From positions 192,589-256,588 of the forward strand of contig JBAZXP010000001.1 in NCBI GenBank assembly GCA_041659805.1: a DNA stretch of 64,000 nt, in the 5' to 3' direction. Below the pieces are notes generated by a model. It was not told the origin of the DNA, made no database searches, and worked only from the letters and a program-made list of their open reading frames with translations. This DNA comes from Microgenomates group bacterium (GTDB lineage Bacteria; Patescibacteriota; Microgenomatia; Daviesbacterales; UBA10151). How positions within the stretch are numbered: the first letter of the stretch is position 1; each line of letters begins with the position of its first letter. The translations under genes were made by a program, and so were the position numbers. Below, one piece after another: positions 1-8,580 of this stretch.

Positions 1-1447
1 AAACATACAAAGAACGATAAGCTTCTAATGTAAAGATTGTTTCAGGAAAACTCGGGATAAAAGTTAAGTCTGCCGGAATCTTTAGTAAAAGATTCATTAA
101 ATACTCTTCCAACAGCCCTCTTCTGGATTTGGACATCTCTTTGCTTCCTCCTTGTTTAATAATATTTTCAAAAGTCGGAGTATAACTGCTGCCAGCCTTA
201 GCAATTTCACGACGCAAAATATCTTCCGGTAAAGCAATTAAAGCTGATAATTTTTGAATATAAAATTCACGGGTAACAGTATCGGAAATCTTAGCCCAAA
301 GAGGCGCAATTTCTGCAGCAATTCGTTTTCTTCCTTCTGCTGTATTTCTATTAAATCTGGCTGCAACAGATGTTAGGTAGTAATCATAGATTGGTTCAGC
401 CTCTTCCACTGCTTTTTTCCATAACTCCACATCTTTTAAGGATAGCTCAGCCGGATCTTTGCCTTCAGGGATTTTTATAACTTTAATATTTAAGCCTGCT
501 GCATCTGCCATTTCTATTCCACGACGGGAGGCAGCATCCCCTGCTAAATCAGAATCAAAACAAAGTAAAATAGTATCTGTATATTTTTTTATCAAATCAA
601 TTTGCCCGGAGGTCAAAGCTGTACCTTTGGAAGCCACCACATTTTTTACCCCTGCCTGATAGGACATAATATTATCCATTTCCCCTTCAGTTAAAATAGC
701 TGCGTTAGCTTGTCTGATTTCTCCCTTACTCAGATTTATTCCGTAAAGACAATGGCTTTTATCAAAAATTAAAGTTTGAGGGGTATTAATATATTTTGGT
801 TCGCCCACTCCTAAAATTCTGCCTGAAAAAGCAACAATCTGACCTTTAACATCCAGTAATGGGAACATTACCCTGCCACGAAACCGATCATATCCTCCGG
901 AATTAGAAGCAACAGCTAGCCCTGCATCAATTAAGTCAGTATTAGTAAAACCACGTTTTAACATAAATTTAAATAAGCTGTCCCATGAATTTGGGGCATA
1001 ACCCAAATTAAATTCTTTGATAGTTTTATCAGTTAAGCCTCTTTTTTTAAGGTAAGCCAACGCGGGAGCACCTAATTTGTGCTCAGTTAAAATAAAATGA
1101 AAATATTGGGCTGCTTTTTGATTGGCGTCAAATAATTTGGTTTTTTTATCTTTATCTTTGGAAGGCTTACGGGAAAGTGTTACCCCTGCCCGACTCGCTA
1201 AATTTTCTAAAGCTTCCGTAAATTCCATTCCGTCTTTGAGCATTAAAAATTTAAAAATATCACCACCTGCATTACACCCAAAGCAATGGAAAATTCCTCG
1301 TTCAGGAGAAACTACAAAAGAAGGAGTTTTTTCATTATGAAAAGGACAAGGTGCTTTATAATTCACGCCGCTTTTTTTTAAGGGTAAATATTCTGAGATT
1401 AAATCAACAATGTTGATTTTTTGCTTTATTAAGTCGAGGTCATCCAT
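1..1447 (-). CDS. dnaG: DNA primase (runs off the window start)
   Basis: Manual translation of the minus strand: MDDLDLIKQKINIVDLISEYLPLKKSGVNYKAPCPFHNEKTPSF...FHCFGC (CHC2 Zn finger), DRFRGRVMFP, KYINTPQT, EGEMD, TOPRIM FDSDLAG. Confidence 0.96.
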   Translation of the reverse strand, partial: MDDLDLIKQKINIVDLISEYLPLKKSGVNYKAPCPFHNEKTPSFVVSPERGIFHCFGCNAGGDIFKFLMLKDGMEFTEALENLASRAGVTLSRKPSKDKDKKTKLFDANQKAAQYFHFILTEHKLGAPALAYLKKRGLTDKTIKEFNLGYAPNSWDSLFKFMLKRGFTNTDLIDAGLAVASNSGGYDRFRGRVMFPLLDVKGQIVAFSGRILGVGEPKYINTPQTLIFDKSHCLYGINLSKGEIRQANAAILTEGEMDNIMSYQAGVKNVVASKGTALTSGQIDLIKKYTDTILLCFDSDLAGDAASRRGIEMADAAGLNIKVIKIPEGKDPAELSLKDVELWKKAVEEAEPIYDYYLTSVAARFNRNTAEGRKRIAAEIAPLWAKISDTVTREFYIQKLSALIALPEDILRREIAKAGSSYTPTFENIIKQGGSKEMSKSRRGLLEEYLMNLLLKIPADLTFIPSFPETIFTLEAYRSLYV

Positions 1448-1536
1448 AGTTTTATCAATAATCTGGTCGCCCGTTAACGTGGCCACAAGGGATTGATAAG
1501 CGGATTATAATCCAATTTAACCCAAATAACAACTTC

Positions 1537-1878
1537 TTACAGGAACTTTAAAAACTTATTTTCCTTGTCTACCAATATACATTTTGGGGCCAATGGTTTA
1601 TCAGTTAATTCAAACCCAATTATAATTATTTCTTCACCTTTTTTAATTAGATGTGAGGCTGCACCATTCATGCAGATTACACCAGATCCCCTTTCTCCTG
1701 CCATAAGATATGTTTCCAGTCTGGCGCCAGAGGTATTACTCACAACTAAAACTTTCTCAAATGGCCAAAAACCAGCTTTATCAATTAAATCCTCATCCAC
1801 AGTAATACTGCCAATATATTTTAAATTAGCTTCAGTGACAGTTGCTTTATGAATTTTTGAACGTATTACAAACCTCAT
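1537..1878 (-). CDS. panD: aspartate 1-decarboxylase
   Basis: SKIHKATVTEANLKYIG/SITVD self-cleavage motif, RLETY, NGAA; start set at MRFVIR. Confidence 0.92.
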   Translation of the reverse strand: MRFVIRSKIHKATVTEANLKYIGSITVDEDLIDKAGFWPFEKVLVVSNTSGARLETYLMAGERGSGVICMNGAASHLIKKGEEIIIIGFELTDKPLAPKCILVDKENKFLKFL

Positions 1879-1895
1879 ATATTTATTTCTCAACT

Positions 1896-1983
1896 TGGCG
1901 GTGGGAGAGGGATTCGAACCCTCGATACCTTACGGTATGCGACCTTTCCAAGATCGTGCACTCGACCACTATGCGATCCCACC
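1896..1983 (-). tRNA. tRNA-Ser(GGA)
   Basis: GGTGGGA...TCCCACC-G-CCA; anticodon arm CGATC-TTGGAAA-GGTCG; long variable arm; GGTTCGAATCC. Confidence 0.95.
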
Positions 1984-2100
1984 TAAACAATGCTTTGATC
2001 CCAGTGATTTTATCACTTTTCCTCTTAATAGAACAATTAGAAGAGATTTATAAATAGAATATTATACTTGTAGTATAATTCCAAACAAGAATTGTTGAAT

Positions 2101-2718
2101 ATGAAAAAACTCAAGAAAACTCTAAAACCCTATGCAAATTTTTTATTTGAGGTGGGAATCTTGGCTAAAACTCCACGCTCTGGCTTCCGTCACTTAGATG
2201 GTTTGAATCAATCCATATCTGAACATCTTTTAAGAACTACTTACGTTGGATTTACACTCGCTAATTTGGAACAGGAAAAAGGCGAAAAAGTGGATTTAGA
2301 AAAAGTTATAAAATGTTGCTTATTTCATGATCTTGGAGAAGCCAGAGCATCTGATTTAGACTATATCAGTCAAAAATATACTAAAACAGATGAGTTGGCA
2401 GCAATAAATGATGCTGTAAAGAATCTATCCTTTGGTAATATTATTTTAAGCATTTGTAAAGAAGCTGAAGAAAGAATCACCAAAGAAAGTATTATTGCCA
2501 AAGATGCTGACCAAATAGAACTACTTTATTCACTTAAAGAAATTATTGATTCAGGAAATCCTCAGGCAAAATTATGGATTCCCCCTTTACTCAAAAGGCT
2601 AAAAACAACTTCTGCAAAAGATCTAGCCAAACAAATCCTAAAAACAGATTCTAATGAGTGGTGGTTTGAGAATAAGAATGATGAATATTGGGTTAATGGT
2701 GGTAAACGGAAAAAATGA
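2101..2718 (+). CDS. HD-domain phosphohydrolase (YfbR/HD_3-like)
   Basis: PRSGF...QSISEH...LFHDLGEAR...KDADQIE motifs. Confidence 0.85.
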   Translation: MKKLKKTLKPYANFLFEVGILAKTPRSGFRHLDGLNQSISEHLLRTTYVGFTLANLEQEKGEKVDLEKVIKCCLFHDLGEARASDLDYISQKYTKTDELAAINDAVKNLSFGNIILSICKEAEERITKESIIAKDADQIELLYSLKEIIDSGNPQAKLWIPPLLKRLKTTSAKDLAKQILKTDSNEWWFENKNDEYWVNGGKRKK

Positions 2719-3263
2719 AAAAAAATTCATTAACTGAATTTGAAACCAAGGTTCTTGATTTTGATAAAGAAGAAATCATTAAAAAATTAAGAAAACTGGG
2801 AGCTAAAGAATCTCCTGAAGTTTTAGTCAGCCGTTATGTTTTTGATATTGAATCAGAAAATATGGAATGGATCAGACTTAAAGAAATCAATGGTAAAACT
2901 ACCCTAACTTATAAACATAAATTTAGAGGAAACGTAGAAGTCGGAAAAACTCAGGAAATTGAGACTGAAGTAACAAATTTTGAAACAACAGCTCAAATTT
3001 TATTAAAAATACCTTTTAAGCGTGTTTTTTATCAGGAAAATAAAACCCATATTTTTTATCTTAATGAGATTGAATATTCAATTGATACCTGGCCCAAACT
3101 CGATCCTCACCTGGAAGTAGAAGCAGACAGTCTGGAAAAAGTAGCAGAGGGATTAAAATTATTGGATTTAGAAGGAAAAGATATCGGAGATATGGATCTT
3201 ACATCAATTTATCAGATGAAAAATATTGATATCCACTCTCAAAATAAATTGAAATTCAATTAA
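2715..3263 (+). CDS. CYTH-domain (class IV adenylate cyclase / triphosphate tunnel) protein
   Basis: N-terminal EFETK (ExExK), WIRLK, LTYK, EIETEV, LEVEA. Confidence 0.85.
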   Translation: MKKNSLTEFETKVLDFDKEEIIKKLRKLGAKESPEVLVSRYVFDIESENMEWIRLKEINGKTTLTYKHKFRGNVEVGKTQEIETEVTNFETTAQILLKIPFKRVFYQENKTHIFYLNEIEYSIDTWPKLDPHLEVEADSLEKVAEGLKLLDLEGKDIGDMDLTSIYQMKNIDIHSQNKLKFN

Positions 3264-3300
3264 AATTTGCACTCTTTACAACATGGTGTATGATATATAC

Positions 3301-3552
3301 ATGATGTGGAATTATTACAATTCAAACTCCAACTGGATGTACAACATGATGTTTGGTTATGGAAATGGGTTTGGTGTTATTGGCTGGCTAATGCCTTTGA
3401 TAATACTTGATTTAGTCTTAAAAGGGTTTGCTTTATGGAAAGCAGGCAGAAATAATCACATGTATTGGTTTATTGCCCTCCTTTTAGTTAATTCTCTGGG
3501 CATCTTACCTCTTGTTTACTTAGTCTTTTTTGAGAAAAAGAAGGGAAAGTAA
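3301..3552 (+). CDS. DUF5652-family small membrane protein
   Basis: LKGFALWKAGRNNHMYWFIALLLVNSLGILPLVY. Confidence 0.75.
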   Translation: MMWNYYNSNSNWMYNMMFGYGNGFGVIGWLMPLIILDLVLKGFALWKAGRNNHMYWFIALLLVNSLGILPLVYLVFFEKKKGK

Positions 3553-4089
3553 ATATTCTTTATTTCCCCCTCCCCCCAATATAGGTGATTCTATTACATC
3601 TTCTACTTTAAAAAACATGCTCTCAAATTTTTCTGACACTTCTTTTCTAACCTCCTCAGCAATTTCCGGAGGGAGAATTCCTTTTACCAAATCTCTTTGA
3701 TTGGCTTCATAATGAGGTTTAAGAAGTGCAATAATCCTTCCGTCTGGTTTTAAAAATTTCTGAACAATTGGCAAAATAAGTTCTAGCTTTGTCCAGCCCG
3801 CATCTATAGTGATTAAATCAACAGTTTCAGGGAGTTGCTCCAAACGAAGAATATTAGTTCTTTCCATGACTACCACTCTGGGGTCATTCCTGAGTTTCCA
3901 GGCAAATTCTCCATAAGCTGTATCTACTGCATATACCTTGGCAGCACCATTTTGCAATAAACAATCCACAAATCCACCAGTTGAGGAACCTACATCCAAA
4001 GCAACCTTACCTGTTACATCAATGCCAAATCTATCTATTGCTGCCTGAAGCTTATCTCCACCACGGGAGACAAAGTTAGAGCTGCTCAT
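3520..4089 (-). CDS. tlyA: TlyA-family rRNA methyltransferase lacking the N-terminal S4 domain
   Basis: VSRGGDKL, LDVGSSTGGF, LKPHYE, SPILGGGGNKEY. Confidence 0.88.
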   Translation of the reverse strand: MSSSNFVSRGGDKLQAAIDRFGIDVTGKVALDVGSSTGGFVDCLLQNGAAKVYAVDTAYGEFAWKLRNDPRVVVMERTNILRLEQLPETVDLITIDAGWTKLELILPIVQKFLKPDGRIIALLKPHYEANQRDLVKGILPPEIAEEVRKEVSEKFESMFFKVEDVIESPILGGGGNKEYLLSLLFLKKD

Positions 4090-4483
4090 ACATCTCCACA
4101 GCTTTTTTAAGCAGAACCTTATCGTTAGAAAAACTCAATTTTTCTAAGGCTTCATCAGGAGTATACCAACCTGAATCAGAAACTTCCCAATCATGATCAC
4201 GAATATCACCTGAAACATACTTCATTAAATAAATAGTCACAATTTTAAAGATTTTTTTATTATTTAAAGAATAATAATATTTTGATTGTCCCACAGAATC
4301 AATAATTTCTGCTTCAATTCCACCTTCTTCTTTTACTTCTCTTAAACCTGCCTGCTTCATCCCCTCCCCTTCATTGGGCTTACCTTTAGGAAAACCCCAG
4401 TGTTTATTTGTTGAATGTTGAGTCACTAAAACATTCCCCTCTTTATTGAAAACTATTCCCCCAGCAGAAAATTCTCTTTTCAT
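4076..4483 (-). CDS. NUDIX hydrolase
   Basis: Nudix box GKPNEGEGMKQAGLREVKEEGG; SAGG; WGFPKG. Confidence 0.9.
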   Translation of the reverse strand: MKREFSAGGIVFNKEGNVLVTQHSTNKHWGFPKGKPNEGEGMKQAGLREVKEEGGIEAEIIDSVGQSKYYYSLNNKKIFKIVTIYLMKYVSGDIRDHDWEVSDSGWYTPDEALEKLSFSNDKVLLKKAVEMYEQL

Positions 4484-4537
4484 CTTAAATGAATATAACA
4501 TACTCCAGTAAGATCTTTGGAGGAAGCAATTCTTTAT

Positions 4538-4795
4538 TTAACGCTCCCAATTGGAATTAATAAAATTATTAGGACCAATTCGCTGGTCAATTGGTAAAAT
4601 ATCTTTCTGATAAGGTGGATTAAATAAATCTTTAACTACAAATATTAAAAGAGCAATAAGAATTATAATAGCAAACAAAACAAAAGATAACTTATACCAA
4701 TACAATTGCAAAGATGCCCATTCAGCCATTGGTTGCAATGATCGCTCGATATTTTTAAGGGATTTATCTTTTACAGGTTTACTTTTCTTTTTCAT
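4538..4795 (-). CDS. hypothetical single-TM protein
   Basis: 85-aa ORF with one hydrophobic segment. Confidence 0.55.
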   Translation of the reverse strand: MKKKSKPVKDKSLKNIERSLQPMAEWASLQLYWYKLSFVLFAIIILIALLIFVVKDLFNPPYQKDILPIDQRIGPNNFINSNWER

Positions 4796-4860
4796 GACAG
4801 TAAATAAATACTACAGAAAAAATATTCTTAGCGCAACACTATATTGTGCGTTTAAGACGC

Positions 4861-4948
4861 GGCGGTGGGGGTGAGATTCGAACTCACGGTCCCTTGCGGG
4901 ACGATGCTTTTCGAAAGCATTGCCGTACGACCACTTGGCTACCCCACC
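4861..4948 (-). tRNA. tRNA-Ser(CGA)
   Basis: GGTGGGG...CCCCACC-G; anticodon arm ATGCT-TTCGAAA-AGCAT; long variable arm. Confidence 0.94.
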
Positions 4949-4952
4949 AATA

Positions 4953-5010
4953 AAAATATCAAAATACCAACGTTCTGATACGCTGATCTGCCGATATGCT
5001 GATATTCTGA
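4953..5010. repeat. degenerate octamer tandem repeat between tRNAs
   Basis: aaaatatc aaaatacc aacgttct gatacgct gatctgcc gatatgct gatattct. Confidence 0.75.
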
Positions 5011-5012
5011 AC

Positions 5013-5088
5013 TGGTGCGCCTGGAGGGGATCGAACCCCCGACTTCATCGTCCGCAACGATGCGCTCTATCCACTGAGCTACAGGCGC
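5013..5088 (-). tRNA. tRNA-Arg(GCG)
   Basis: GCGCCTG...CAGGCGC-A-CCA; anticodon arm CATCG-TTGCGGA-CGATG. Confidence 0.94.
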
Positions 5089-5131
5089 AATATGTGAATT
5101 TTACAACAACTATACGTAAGACGCTAATATC

Positions 5132-5689
5132 TTACTTTTGGGGATTTTCTAAAGGAAAGTGTTTTTGTAAAGATGAAGCCCAGGAATCCATCAGATTTTT
5201 AGGAGCAATTTCATGAAACGGCAGATATTTGGCAACTGTTTTTTTAACTTCTTCTATATGATCTGCTTTGATCAAAATTATTAGCTGACTGGGGAAACGT
5301 AGGTTTGTGGCAATGTTTAGAATTTTATAGCCTTCTTTTTCAGAAAACCAAAAGCTATTAAGCTCTGCCCAAAAATAAAAGTGGTCACCAATGGTAATTC
5401 CCTGTGTGGAAATTTTATATTCCACATCCTCAGGAGGCACAAAAGCCAATACATAAACCACAAAGGCAAGCGCCAGCAACACACCAATAAATATATATTC
5501 CCTGGCAAGCAAGGAAATTAATACCAATAGAACTAGGATAATTGCTGTGGTGGTGAAAAAAGATCTATCCCTTTTTCTAAAAGGTCTGGCTGGTGCTGTC
5601 CAAGTAAGATAAGTTCTTACAGGATCATCTTCCTGTTTTTGATTCTCTCTTTCATTGTTTTCAGTAGATTTATGGTAAAACTCGGGCAT
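5132..5689 (-). CDS. conserved CPR 2-TM membrane protein (DUF5673-like)
   Basis: LTWTAPARPF, two TMs, YKISTQGITIG...W..L.SFWF. Confidence 0.7.
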   Translation of the reverse strand: MPEFYHKSTENNERENQKQEDDPVRTYLTWTAPARPFRKRDRSFFTTTAIILVLLVLISLLAREYIFIGVLLALAFVVYVLAFVPPEDVEYKISTQGITIGDHFYFWAELNSFWFSEKEGYKILNIATNLRFPSQLIILIKADHIEEVKKTVAKYLPFHEIAPKNLMDSWASSLQKHFPLENPQK

Positions 5690-5776
5690 TAGAAATTATT
5701 ATACAACAGAATGGATTATATACTCTATCTTTGTTACAATTAGCCACAAGGAGAGACCAAGTCTCCTGCGTAGTTT

Positions 5777-5866
<90 letters not shown>

Positions 5867-5919
5867 GGTAATTAAAAATACTTCTTTACAAATAAAACCC
5901 GAAATTTTATATTTATAGT

Positions 5920-6401
5920 ATGGGTTATCTTCGGCATCCTAACAATAACTGCCAAATTTGTAATAAGCCAGTTTAAGAAAACCTTCTGAAGTTAAAAAAA
6001 GCCATGGCCACATCTTCTGTAGCTTAGACTGCTATGGAAAGTCGTTGAGAAGAGAAAAACCATGCCTTGTGTGTGGCACTTTAATTATGGCCCACTTTAA
6101 TAAGAAAACTTGCAGCAGGGCTTGTGCAAATAAGCACCGAGCAGGAATTAAGTATTTAGGAGGAAGAAGAAAAGATAAAGTTGTTCATTTTAAAAGATTA
6201 AAAATAAGACTGCTCGGAAATAGAATAAACCAATGCGCTAAGTGTAGTTATAATAAAATAGAAATCCTGCAAATTCATCACAAAGACAGAAATCGAGAAA
6301 ATAATAATCTAGAAAACTTAGAATTAATTTGTCCAAATTGTCATTTTGAAGAGCATTTATTGGAAAAAAGCTGGCTAAAAGGGTATAATCAAGCAGTTTA
6401 A
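5920..6401 (+). pseudogene. Zn-finger HNH endonuclease, apparently frameshifted near 5975
   Basis: ATG at 5920 reads MGYLRHPNNNCQICNKPV*; the -1 frame continues RKPSEVKKSHGHIFCSLDCYGKSLRREKPC...LQIHHKDRNRENNNLENLELICPNCH. Confidence 0.75.
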
Positions 6402-6404
6402 TAG

Positions 6405-6493
<89 letters not shown>

Positions 6494-6514
6494 AATTATT
6501 GTATTATCAAAACT

Positions 6515-6901
6515 ATGAAATTTTTTCATACAGCTATTACTGTAAATAATATTGAAGAATCAACCCTTTTCTATAAAGAAGTTTTTAACTTAACTGTTAG
6601 AACACAAGGCGAAAGACCTGAATTAGGAGTAAAGTTTATCATGCTAGAGGACAAAAATAGCGTCGTAATAGAGCTTTTTGAGCACTTGCACCCTATTCCA
6701 TTGCAAGATAACCTTATGGATTTTAGTAAAGTAGGTATTAAACATATTGCATTCATTGTAGATAATATCGACGAAATTATTGAAAAAGCTATAAATCAAG
6801 GTGCCAAAATCATTTGGCAACCCAAGAAGGGTATCACTGTTAAGAGAATTGCATTTATTTCTGATCCAAATAATATCCCAATAGAACTAGTTGAATTGTA
6901 A
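6515..6901 (+). CDS. VOC/glyoxalase-family protein
   Basis: FFHTAITV...FYKEVF...IELFE...GIKHIAFIV...AFISDPNNIPIELVE; start moved past the tRNA. Confidence 0.88.
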   Translation: MKFFHTAITVNNIEESTLFYKEVFNLTVRTQGERPELGVKFIMLEDKNSVVIELFEHLHPIPLQDNLMDFSKVGIKHIAFIVDNIDEIIEKAINQGAKIIWQPKKGITVKRIAFISDPNNIPIELVEL

Positions 6902-6914
6902 ACAAATATGTTAG

Positions 6915-7640
6915 TTATCTAGCAAGTGTAATTGCCCAGACTGATTTAGCTCCATTTCTTTTTAAGATATAACAACATTCTTTTAAGGTTGAACCCGTAG
7001 TCCAGACATCGTCCACAAGAAGAAATTTTAAATTTTTAATTTCAAATTTTAAATTCAATGCGAAAGCATTGTTTATGTTTTTCTTTCTTTCCCAACTAGC
7101 TAAACCTACTTGTGGCTTGGTGTGTTTAGTTCTTTTTAGTGCTTCTGCATATTCTAAACCTATTTTTGAGGCTAATATTTTCCCCAACAGGGCAGATTGA
7201 TTAAAACCCCGCCATTTTTCTCTTTTTGGATGAAGTGGAACTGGTACCACCACCCACCCTTCTCCTCTGTCTTTTTTAATTTCTTCAATAAATTGAGGGG
7301 TAAATTTTGCCCAATATTCGAGCGTCAGATCAGTCAGAGTATCGGCAATATCGGCAACAAATTTATACTTCAGCTTTTGAATGGATTTTTTTAATGGGTT
7401 CTGATAAGCAAAGCTTGAAACAGCTCCGCTGTTATAAATCCCCAAACTCCACAAACCATCTAAACCAAACCTTTTTTTACATAAGGGATGGACTTTCCCA
7501 CCAATTGCTGGTTTTTCACAATTTGGACAAACCAAATCTTGCTGCAAAATTGTTTTAACACAAGAATCACAAAAATATGTACCAAACTTCCCACACCCAC
7601 AACATTTTTTAGGAAAAAAGATATTCCAGAAAAAGTGCAT
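6915..7640 (-). CDS. comF: ComF-family phosphoribosyltransferase-like competence protein
   Basis: N-terminal CxxC zinc motifs, VPVPLH..R...RGFNQS, LLVDDVWTTGST. Confidence 0.92.
   Translation of the reverse strand: MHFFWNIFFPKKCCGCGKFGTYFCDSCVKTILQQDLVCPNCEKPAIGGKVHPLCKKRFGLDGLWSLGIYNSGAVSSFAYQNPLKKSIQKLKYKFVADIADTLTDLTLEYWAKFTPQFIEEIKKDRGEGWVVVPVPLHPKREKWRGFNQSALLGKILASKIGLEYAEALKRTKHTKPQVGLASWERKKNINNAFALNLKFEIKNLKFLLVDDVWTTGSTLKECCYILKRNGAKSVWAITLAR
7023..7057. repeat. heptamer tract inside comF
   Basis: aaatttt aaatttt taatttc aaatttt aaattca; encodes LNLKFEIKNLKF. Confidence 0.6.
7403..7437. repeat. ~30-bp dispersed element inside comF; second copy at 51895-51920
   Basis: GATAAGCAAAGCTTG (15 bp) is identical to 51895-51909; ATAA direct repeats 30 bp apart. 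Confidence 0.65.
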
Positions 7641-7653
7641 AATTTATGGTAAC

Positions 7654-7681
7654 AAAAATCCACCCGGAGGTGGATTTTTTT
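7654..7681 (-). terminator. intrinsic terminator downstream of tmRNA
   Basis: AAAAATCCACC-CGGA-GGTGGATTTTT perfect hairpin with A/T tails. Confidence 0.85.
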
Positions 7682-7682
7682 G

Positions 7683-8080
7683 TGGAGACGAGGGTATTGA
7701 ACCCTGTCTGAATCGTTAATTTAATAACATCTACAAGCTTAGCTAGTATATTTTTAAAGTTTAGTTGTAACCTACTAGCAGGAAAACTAAACTTTGATTG
7801 AATCGTCTTAAAAAATTATGGATCAACCAACACCATAATCTTAGCAACCTGACTGTTGTACTTATTTTAAGGATTCCGTCAGATGGAGATTACCTTAAAA
7901 TACCCTTATGCGGCGTATGCAAGAGTATATCCGTTGCCGAATACACCCAATGCGCGTGCTTGCATTTGGGATGCAAAACTTTTTAAGTTAGCATATTTTT
8001 TGAAACCATGTTTTACGAATAAGGTTTCCTGTTCGGCTTGCAGTTTTTAAAGTGCCGGTCCGTCGAATCTGTACGTCCCC
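7683..8080 (-). ncRNA. ssrA: tmRNA
   Basis: 5' GGGGACGTACAGATTCGAC; 3' GGGTTCAATACCCTCGTCTCCA with G3.U70; tag ORF ending YAA*; adjacent to smpB. Confidence 0.93.
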
Positions 8081-8127
8081 GTGCGTATATAATACCAAAT
8101 TTATGCTCAAAAAGCAAATAATTGAGG

Positions 8128-8568
8128 TTAAACCTTACCTCTTAGATCTTGTTCAATTTTTCTTAGCTGATCCTTCTCTTTAATAATCCTACGCTTATCA
8201 AATTCTTTCTTGGATTTGCCTAAACCAAGCTCAACTTTGATCATATTATTCTTTTCGTAAAGGGAAACAGGCACTAAAGCCACCCCTTTTCCGGAAAGCT
8301 TACCAATTAGGCTCACAATCTGATCATGATGTAATAATAATCTTCTGGATTTTATAGGATCATAATTTTTAATAGGAGCGTTTTGATAAGCAGGAATATT
8401 GACATTCATTAAAAATACCTCTCCACTGATGATCTTTGCATGTGATTGACCCAAATCTGCCCTACCAGCTCTAATAGATTTAACTTCAGGACCAGTTAAT
8501 TGAATCCCTGCTTCCAGAGATTCTAAAATATGGTAATTATGCAAGCCCTTTTTGTTTAGGATTTTCAT
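8128..8568 (-). CDS. smpB: SsrA-binding protein
   Basis: NKKGLHNY..LESLEAGIQLTGPEVKSIRAG...RRLLLH...GKSKKEFDKR. Confidence 0.96.
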   Translation of the reverse strand: MKILNKKGLHNYHILESLEAGIQLTGPEVKSIRAGRADLGQSHAKIISGEVFLMNVNIPAYQNAPIKNYDPIKSRRLLLHHDQIVSLIGKLSGKGVALVPVSLYEKNNMIKVELGLGKSKKEFDKRRIIKEKDQLRKIEQDLRGKV

Positions 8569-8580
8569 AAACTTGTAGGT

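Noticed and set aside
1448-1500. SAM-I-like CTTATCAA...GATAA ends in the dnaG leader
   Set aside because: Too short and lacks the SAM-I core (GAGGGA, GGCAACC, GTGC); kept only as an unassigned hairpin
4920-5216. 98-aa + strand ORF
   Set aside because: Antisense to two tRNAs and the octamer repeat
7334-7347. 14-bp match (TCAGAGTATCGGCA) between comF and the riboswitch octamer arm
   Set aside because: Falls in an ordinary ComF helix (ADIADTLTD) with no evident indel; may be chance
7798-7986. 62-aa + strand ORF
   Set aside because: Antisense to tmRNA
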